Source: Spirochaetia bacterium (GTDB lineage Bacteria > Spirochaetota > Spirochaetia > DSM-2461). From it: 64,000 bases of DNA. A program made the position numbers and the translations under genes. Positions 57,389-64,000 of the stretch are shown here, one piece after another; positions within the stretch are counted from its first letter, which is position 1; each line of letters starts with the position of its first letter. The notes under the pieces were generated by a model. The model was not told where the DNA came from. It was given only the letters and a program-made list of their open reading frames with translations, and made no database searches. Location of the stretch: NCBI GenBank assembly GCA_963666985.2, contig CAXXIA010000002.1, positions 128,001 through 192,000 on the forward strand. The letters run 5' to 3'.

Positions 57389-60300
57389 ATGCATCGAGTT
57401 GCACGGCTTTTTTTGTCAGCTGCCTTTCTCTTCCCGATTTTTTTCGGTTTGCTGATCCCCGAAGCGGGAGCCGAAGATGCCGTTTCCGATACAACGAAGG
57501 ACGCCCTAATCGGCGCGGAAGGCGTGGACGAAGAAGGCGCTCCGAACGGCGCCTCCGGCAATGCCTCTTCCGACTCGGATTCCGATGTGGCTGCTTCGGC
57601 CGCCTCGGGGGCCGATACCGCCGAGGTTTCCGGCGCTTCCCCGGTTCTCTCGGAAGAGGCTTCCGCTTATCTTGTGGACTGGAAACTGGGAGATGCCGAT
57701 ATCGACCTTATCTGGGACGGATACTGGAAGGTCCGCTTTGTGGCCGGAGGCGCCTTCGGGAAAAAAACCGACGACAACGTCTTCAGCGGGCTCTCAAGGG
57801 GAACAACCTTCGAGCAGGAACCCGATGTAACCCTTTCCCTCTGGATGCACAACAGGTGGTTCATCGAAACCACCTTCCTGGAAGGATTCGACCACAACAC
57901 CTACCGCGCCGGCTACGTGGGGGCAAATGATGAATTCGTCCGGGAAGTTGTTATAGGAAACGCGGGCGTGAACGCCGATTCCTTCGCCGGCGCGGCCATC
58001 TCAAACCCCGACTACAACGCTCCGGGTATTGTTGGGAAATTCGCCACGGACCGCTCGGAGCACCAGCTTCTCCTCCGCTACGATCCCACAGATCCGGAAA
58101 CGAAAACCTTCTACGGGCAATACGAGGTGGAAAGTCAGGACATCGGTCTGCCGGATTTCATCGAAGGGCGGTTTTTCATTCTGCCCGACACCAATGTTTC
58201 CGACGTCGCGGTTTACCTGGAGGACAGCGGCGGGAGCGTTACCGGCACGGACGGAATAGGAACCGCACGCCGCTACCGGAAGGCCGAAGCCACCGAGTTT
58301 TTCGTGGATGAGGACGAGGGGCTTCTGGAACTCTCCGAGAGCTCCGAAGGTCAGGTGATTGCAACCTATCTGAACGGCTCGGGGCACCGAGTCGGCGCGG
58401 ATACGGTGACCGATTTCATCATCACGCCCGATTCTCAGCTCCATCCGGACCTTGCGGCGGGAACCGGCACTTACGGTTTCGACTTCACAGGCAGCGCAAA
58501 CCCTTACGATCCGGACGGCCGCGACTTTTCGGAAACCTCCCGGGTAACCATCGGCGGCACGAATTATCTGGTTCTCTACACTCCGGGGACGTTTTCCCCC
58601 TTCGAAAGGCAGAACGTCTACCTTTCAAGCCGCTCCCTGCCGAATGAAAGTTGGCGTATCACGACGATGATCGAGGAGCGGGGGGCTCTGTATCCCGAAT
58701 CGACAACCGAGTTCAGCTTCGAAACCGACGCGGACGAAAGAACCGTTGAAGTCTACGGTTCCACCGGTTCCGGCAGCTCTCTTCGGGATGTTCTGAACCG
58801 CTACCCTTTTGCCGAGGACGATCCTGCGGCCTACGGTCCGGGAAGGGAAACGGATGAGAATAAGCTCTCCAGGCTCATCGTCCTGGCCGTCCGAAAATCG
58901 AATGACGACTACTATCTGGGAACGGGCGTGGTGGCCGGTTCGGTTTCGGTAACCATCAACGGCGTGCTTGATTCCTCGGCCGAAGTCTCCGACGACGGTT
59001 ATCTGGAGTTCTCCCGATACATCTATGCCACCGACTGGATTGAAGTGGATTATAGAACCGAATCGCTGGATTTGGACGGCGGAGATTTTTTTCTCTACCA
59101 GGGGAACCGATTTCTTTTGGGACCGAATCTGACGTGGGAACTGGCCGAAAGCGTCCGCTGGAACATCAGCCGGGAAAGTTCGCTGGAGGAATACGGCGAC
59201 AGCCCCGGCGAAATCGCCCTCTCGTCGGTTCTGAATTGGCAAACCGAGACGGCGGGAGTCACCGTTACCGCCGATGCGTCCCTTACCACCCCGGACACCG
59301 TAGGCAACCTTCGCCTCTACGGGATGGAAGAGGGAGAATACTCCCTGGTTCTCTATGACGATACCGTGGTGCGCTCTCCGGATTCCATACCCGGATACGG
59401 TACGGACCGGACGGCCCTGGACCAATACAATTACATCGATTACAACGCCCTGGGGCAGGAGGTTCTCTACGGCTACATGTGGTCCGGAGCCGAATCCACC
59501 GGCGATGACGGACCGGCGCTGGCCGCCGATCTGAGCGGCGATCCCACCGACGGCCGGGTGATGGAGCTGCGCTTCGACCTTTTCGACGACGGTTTGGGAA
59601 CCGGCGAATGGGCCGCCGGAGATGCTCTGGCCGATACCGAAAGCGCCATCGATCTCTCGGGCTACACGGCTCTGGAAATCCCCGTGCTGTTTCTCGACGA
59701 CTACGGAAGCCCGGGCTTGGGCACAACGGCGCCGACGATCCTTCTGCAAATCGGCGAAATCGGTGAATACGAAGACTACCACGACGACGGTTCGGTGAAC
59801 GGCGCGGATTCGGGCGCCTCCTGCGAATGGGATTTCACGGACGCCGACGTGGAATGGGATGCCGGAGATTTATCCTCCGCCTGGACGGCCGAAGATTGGC
59901 GGACTCTCCGCATTCCCTTCACAACCGCGGACCGGGCCAAACTCGGAAGCGTCCGCTCCTGGCGCATCGTTATCGACAACCAAACGGATGCCGAACTCTC
60001 CGGCCGCATGATCGTCGGTCCGCCCAAGCTCGAAGGCAGTTCCTTCCGCACGGTCGTCCGCAATCCTTCCGACGATTTGGCCGATGCTCAGGATGTCACC
60101 TCGGATGAAGTTACCGACGAATCCCTGGAATCGGCTTATCCGGAAACCGATACGATTTTTCACGCGGACGGGGACGAGAACAAATCTCTCAAAATCCAAT
60201 GGGGCGACGACGCGCCGGGAGGAGATCCCTTGGGTGACGCTTCCGGAACCGATGACCGATGGGAAGCGGTTTCCTGGTTCTCAGACGCCGTTCCGATAAC

Positions 60301-62311
60301 CTCGTATGAAACCGCGGTGTTTTACGTTAAACCCGCCCAATCGGGTACGGGGAAGCTCACGGCGAAAATTACGGACGAAGACGGTAAAGGAATCACCGTT
60401 TCCTGGAGCTGTCACGACACGACGGCCTGGGACCGCATCGAAATCAATATTCCCGAAGGAACCGCTTCGGCGGATCGGGGAACCGATTTCACGGTAACCG
60501 TGGATGAAGACTCAGGCGAACTCACGCGGTTTCTCCTCTCCGGCGCGGACCAAGACGGAGATGCAACATCCTCCGCCGATTCGGGAACACTCTATGTGGA
60601 TGAAATTCACTTTTCCGAACCGACCTATTCGATTTCCGGAAGCGCCGGCGTCGAGGGATTCTGGAACTATAAAGACGATGTGGCGTCGTGGGGAAATTTC
60701 CCGATCCTGGGCGACATTTCCCTCAGCGGCGGCACGGAAGTTACCGGGGGCAAGGTGCTTTCGGGCGTTGATGAAGGCAACACCGTCACCACGGGAGAAG
60801 TCGGCATGGGCGCCGATGTTCTCGGTATGAAGCTGGAAACCGATTGGCGTTCCTCCTGGGGACTGGGAGAACGGAATTGGTCCGGGAGTCATTCTCTTCG
60901 CATTCCGGCCCGCTTTAATACGTTCTGGATCGGGGATGAATATTCCCGAAGCGTTTCCGGCGACGAAGCCACGTTTTCACGCCGCAACGACATCAACCTG
61001 AGACTGAAGCCGGGATCGGCCACGCTCTACGGCGAAACCGAATACGACGGCACCTCCTTCATCCAAACCTGGGGAGGAAAAACCGGATGGGGCGGTCAAA
61101 TCTGGAAAACATCCCTGAACGTGGAATACGCCCTGGAAACCGAGCAGGCGGCGACGGCGGAAAACGGCTACATGGAATCGTGGGTGAAGGATTACGCCTA
61201 CCTTCTCCCTTCTTCGGAAACAGCGGCCGGACGGGAAGCCCACCACGCGTTCGAAGGGAACATCCGCTTGGGTCCGGCCTCCCTCAATTGGTCGCCGGAA
61301 CTGGAATTCGATGTTTCCGAAAGCCCGGACTGGAGCCAGGAGAACACCTGGGCGGGAACGCTCTCGCTCCCCATTCGCTTTGAGAATTGGCTTGTTACCG
61401 CATCCTATCGCCGCGATTTGACTCAAATCCTCGATACCTCAGGCAGAAGCAACGGCGGTTTCGACGATGCCTGGGGCATTTTCCTGGAAGGCCTCCAAGG
61501 ACAGTGGCCCTTATTAACCTATGCGCCCTTCCTGGAACTCTTCGGGACGGGAGTCGGGTCAACCTTTGAAGCACTGACCGACGGACTGGATGAAGTGGAT
61601 TACGAAGCCGAATTCGCCGTCGATGTAAGGCGTTCTTCGGGAAATCATTGGCTGGATTTCTTTGTTCCCTCGTCGATGAACCTTTCCATCAAGCGGGAAT
61701 ACCAGCGTGAAGGCGACACCGCCGGATGGGAAGACGAATGGAACGCCGTCTTAAACTTCAGCGCCTACAATCTTTTCGGAGAGTTCGGCCGCTATCCCCT
61801 TTTTTACTTCTATAACTCCGACGAACTGACAAGTCTTTTTCAATTTTCATTGGAAGATCTTAATGAGACGGGGATTCCATCCCCGGAAGAATTGACATGG
61901 CAGATCGACTGGAGTTTCGAAGGAAACAGGGAGCGCAAGCTTGTTCTGTTTCACAGAGCCACATGGTACTGGGACTCGGATTACCGGGAAACGGTCGAGG
62001 AAGGCAGCGTGGAGTTCCATTGGAGAGCCCCGAGCAAGGATGTTCTGCACCTTCCTTTCATCAATAAGGCCATCCCCCGCAGAAACCACATGGAATGCGT
62101 GGAAAAAATCTCATTAACCGGAGAATACCCCTGGAACGATGCGCCGGAGGATATCGTTCTTGATTTCGGAGTAACTCTTTACCACGAAACATCCTGGGTT
62201 TTCCAGGATCTCGGCGAGTTCACCGGCTGGCTGGCCTTCGGACTCGGAGGAACCGACGGTCTGGTGACAAACGGCTGGGAAATCGGCCTGGAGGCCGAGG
62301 TTCACTTCTGA
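57389..62311 (+). CDS. very large exported, probable outer-membrane protein (1640 aa)
   Basis: Signal peptide, acidic composition, many amphipathic Trp/Tyr strands, C-terminal GWEIGLEAEVHF ending in Phe. Confidence 0.8.
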   Translation: MHRVARLFLSAAFLFPIFFGLLIPEAGAEDAVSDTTKDALIGAEGVDEEGAPNGASGNASSDSDSDVAASAASGADTAEVSGASPVLSEEASAYLVDWKLGDADIDLIWDGYWKVRFVAGGAFGKKTDDNVFSGLSRGTTFEQEPDVTLSLWMHNRWFIETTFLEGFDHNTYRAGYVGANDEFVREVVIGNAGVNADSFAGAAISNPDYNAPGIVGKFATDRSEHQLLLRYDPTDPETKTFYGQYEVESQDIGLPDFIEGRFFILPDTNVSDVAVYLEDSGGSVTGTDGIGTARRYRKAEATEFFVDEDEGLLELSESSEGQVIATYLNGSGHRVGADTVTDFIITPDSQLHPDLAAGTGTYGFDFTGSANPYDPDGRDFSETSRVTIGGTNYLVLYTPGTFSPFERQNVYLSSRSLPNESWRITTMIEERGALYPESTTEFSFETDADERTVEVYGSTGSGSSLRDVLNRYPFAEDDPAAYGPGRETDENKLSRLIVLAVRKSNDDYYLGTGVVAGSVSVTINGVLDSSAEVSDDGYLEFSRYIYATDWIEVDYRTESLDLDGGDFFLYQGNRFLLGPNLTWELAESVRWNISRESSLEEYGDSPGEIALSSVLNWQTETAGVTVTADASLTTPDTVGNLRLYGMEEGEYSLVLYDDTVVRSPDSIPGYGTDRTALDQYNYIDYNALGQEVLYGYMWSGAESTGDDGPALAADLSGDPTDGRVMELRFDLFDDGLGTGEWAAGDALADTESAIDLSGYTALEIPVLFLDDYGSPGLGTTAPTILLQIGEIGEYEDYHDDGSVNGADSGASCEWDFTDADVEWDAGDLSSAWTAEDWRTLRIPFTTADRAKLGSVRSWRIVIDNQTDAELSGRMIVGPPKLEGSSFRTVVRNPSDDLADAQDVTSDEVTDESLESAYPETDTIFHADGDENKSLKIQWGDDAPGGDPLGDASGTDDRWEAVSWFSDAVPITSYETAVFYVKPAQSGTGKLTAKITDEDGKGITVSWSCHDTTAWDRIEINIPEGTASADRGTDFTVTVDEDSGELTRFLLSGADQDGDATSSADSGTLYVDEIHFSEPTYSISGSAGVEGFWNYKDDVASWGNFPILGDISLSGGTEVTGGKVLSGVDEGNTVTTGEVGMGADVLGMKLETDWRSSWGLGERNWSGSHSLRIPARFNTFWIGDEYSRSVSGDEATFSRRNDINLRLKPGSATLYGETEYDGTSFIQTWGGKTGWGGQIWKTSLNVEYALETEQAATAENGYMESWVKDYAYLLPSSETAAGREAHHAFEGNIRLGPASLNWSPELEFDVSESPDWSQENTWAGTLSLPIRFENWLVTASYRRDLTQILDTSGRSNGGFDDAWGIFLEGLQGQWPLLTYAPFLELFGTGVGSTFEALTDGLDEVDYEAEFAVDVRRSSGNHWLDFFVPSSMNLSIKREYQREGDTAGWEDEWNAVLNFSAYNLFGEFGRYPLFYFYNSDELTSLFQFSLEDLNETGIPSPEELTWQIDWSFEGNRERKLVLFHRATWYWDSDYRETVEEGSVEFHWRAPSKDVLHLPFINKAIPRRNHMECVEKISLTGEYPWNDAPEDIVLDFGVTLYHETSWVFQDLGEFTGWLAFGLGGTDGLVTNGWEIGLEAEVHF

Positions 62312-62566
62312 CGGACGGCTGTCGGCCGATTCGATTCCGCCCATCCCGCCGCAATCCGGGAGAGCGGTCTTCTGTAAAAAGTCCGTTAATTCGTATTCAC
62401 TCCACACAAAAAAACTTTTGAGCTGCTTCTGAAGAATCGATGAAGTCCGCCCATCCGTATGTTCCGCATCCGAACGACCGCGGGAAGAGCGGCAGAAGAT
62501 TTAAGTCCGCGGAAAACCGCTTCCGATGCGGCTGTCAATAAGACTCTTCCCGTGTAGACTTGGGGC

Positions 62567-64000
62567 GTGAGTACAAAAAGAACTGTTCCGGATCCGGCGG
62601 GCAGAAGCGTCAAAATCCTCGCCGAACCGGTGGCGCGTAAAATCGCCGCGGGTGAGGTTATCGATCGGCCGTACGCGGCGGTGAGAGAACTCTTGGACAA
62701 CGCCCTGGATGCCGGAGCCGATGAGATAACCGTATCCCTCCTTGGAGGGGGCGTGAATGAAGTCAGGATTACCGACAACGGCTGCGGAATGAGCGCGGAG
62801 GATTTGGAACTCTGCTGGCTGGCTCACGCCACGAGCAAAATCACCTCCGTTGAGGATTTGGAATCGGCCGGAACCCTGGGATTCCGCGGAGAGGCTTTGG
62901 CGAGTCTGGCGGCCTGTTCAAGACTTGAAATGGTTTCCTCCAGAAAAGAAGGCGAAGCTTACGGCCTCGAAGTCCACGGCGGGAAAAAAGTCTTTTTCGG
63001 ACAAAAACCCGGGGGACTCGGTACGGTTGTTTCGGTACGGGATCTTTTCTTCAATCTGCCGGCAAGGCGGCGATTTCTTAAAACTTCACGAGCCGAATCA
63101 GGGCTCTGCCGCCGCGTGTTCCTTGAAAAGGCCGCGGCCCATCCCGAGAGAACCTTCCGGTTCTTCTCCGAAGATTCGATGAAAATTTATCTTCCGGGAG
63201 GAACGCCGGCCGAACGCATCATGGCGGCCTGGCCTTCCATCGCTCCGGAAGCCGCTTGGTGGGAAACTCGGGGTGAAGGCGACGGATTTGAATTCGTTCT
63301 CGTCCATGCCAGACCGGAGATAAACCGCAGAGACCGGCAATATATCCAAATTTACGTCAACGGCCGACGTATTGATGAGTTCTCTCTGGTTCAGGCGGTC
63401 CAATACGCCTACGACAGCCATATGCCGGGAGGCGCGTTTCCTTTGGCCTTTGTCTTTATCGACATCGATCCCGTTCTGGCCGATTTCAACATTCATCCGG
63501 CAAAGAAAGAAGCACGGTTCCGCGACATCCAATCGATCCGGCACCGCATCATCGATTCTTTAAAAGATCGCCTGCTGCACGAAGCCTACCAAAAAAGAAC
63601 TGTTTCTTCGGAACCGAATTTCGAACAATCGGAACTTCCCGCCGTCGGCGGTTCGAATAGGGAATCCGGAACCTACGTCGGTTATGCGAACGAATTATCG
63701 GGTGATACGGTTTCCGAAGTCTCCGACGGTTCAAAACCATTTAATCCGAGCGCTAAACCCGGAAACCGCGGCGACCGCACCATGGTGCTGCGCTGGACGG
63801 ATAGTCCCGTTATTCAAAAACCCAGCCGCTCAGCGGCGGCCTTATTCGGGGACGCCGCGACCTCTCTGAGGAATTCGAAACAAGCCGAATCGTCTCAGGA
63901 AACAAACTCATGCCGATTTCATTACCTTGGCCGGGCCATGGGTGTGTTTCTCGTGGCCGAACGTTCCAAATCACTCTACATCGTCGATCAGCACGCCGCA
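62567..64000 (+). CDS. mutL: DNA mismatch repair protein MutL, 5' part
   Basis: Manual translation: KIAAGEVIDRP..ELLDNALDAGA..DNGCGM..HATSKI..LGFRGEALAS; ends IVDQHAA at the window edge. Confidence 0.97.
   Translation, partial: MSTKRTVPDPAGRSVKILAEPVARKIAAGEVIDRPYAAVRELLDNALDAGADEITVSLLGGGVNEVRITDNGCGMSAEDLELCWLAHATSKITSVEDLESAGTLGFRGEALASLAACSRLEMVSSRKEGEAYGLEVHGGKKVFFGQKPGGLGTVVSVRDLFFNLPARRRFLKTSRAESGLCRRVFLEKAAAHPERTFRFFSEDSMKIYLPGGTPAERIMAAWPSIAPEAAWWETRGEGDGFEFVLVHARPEINRRDRQYIQIYVNGRRIDEFSLVQAVQYAYDSHMPGGAFPLAFVFIDIDPVLADFNIHPAKKEARFRDIQSIRHRIIDSLKDRLLHEAYQKRTVSSEPNFEQSELPAVGGSNRESGTYVGYANELSGDTVSEVSDGSKPFNPSAKPGNRGDRTMVLRWTDSPVIQKPSRSAAALFGDAATSLRNSKQAESSQETNSCRFHYLGRAMGVFLVAERSKSLYIVDQHAA

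Overview
A gene-dense chromosomal segment, most likely from a Spirochaetota (Spirochaetaceae-like) bacterium. This assignment is inferred from the cysS/murB/ECF-sigma neighbourhood, the tandem-cNMP regulator, the cyclase-FecR cluster and the large gene next to mutL. Housekeeping genes are glnS (partial), valS, cysS, glyA, murB, mgtE, ettA, arfB, mpg, mutL (partial) and one tRNA with a CAT anticodon. I found no transposase, integrase, phage gene, CRISPR array or rRNA. The most interesting parts are: (1) a 13 kb operon (35.5-48.7 kb) that looks like a trans-envelope cyclic-nucleotide signalling chain, made of a membrane class III cyclase with a pseudo-HPt/CheA-like N-terminus, a FecR/Ig-repeat periplasmic protein, two paralogous FN3/IPT-plus-beta-barrel proteins and a 1520-aa two-module beta-helix lipoprotein; (2) a voltage-sensor domain with no pore, fused to a TM-sensor-TM-HAMP module; (3) a DsrE / DUF134 / CoA-persulfide reductase-rhodanese / DUF5320 sulfur module with a shared candidate operator; (4) a stand-alone double MshEN-like protein; (5) a degenerate cyclase-STAND-TPR gene divergent from a HATPase-PilZ-STAS-HATPase partner-switch cluster; (6) recurring leaderless promoter architecture. 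Many single-base frameshifts, mostly in homopolymers, cluster at 48.7-55.3 kb, with isolated ones near 34551 and 43480. They are probably sequencing or assembly errors. All domain calls come from reading motifs by eye; no database search was run.
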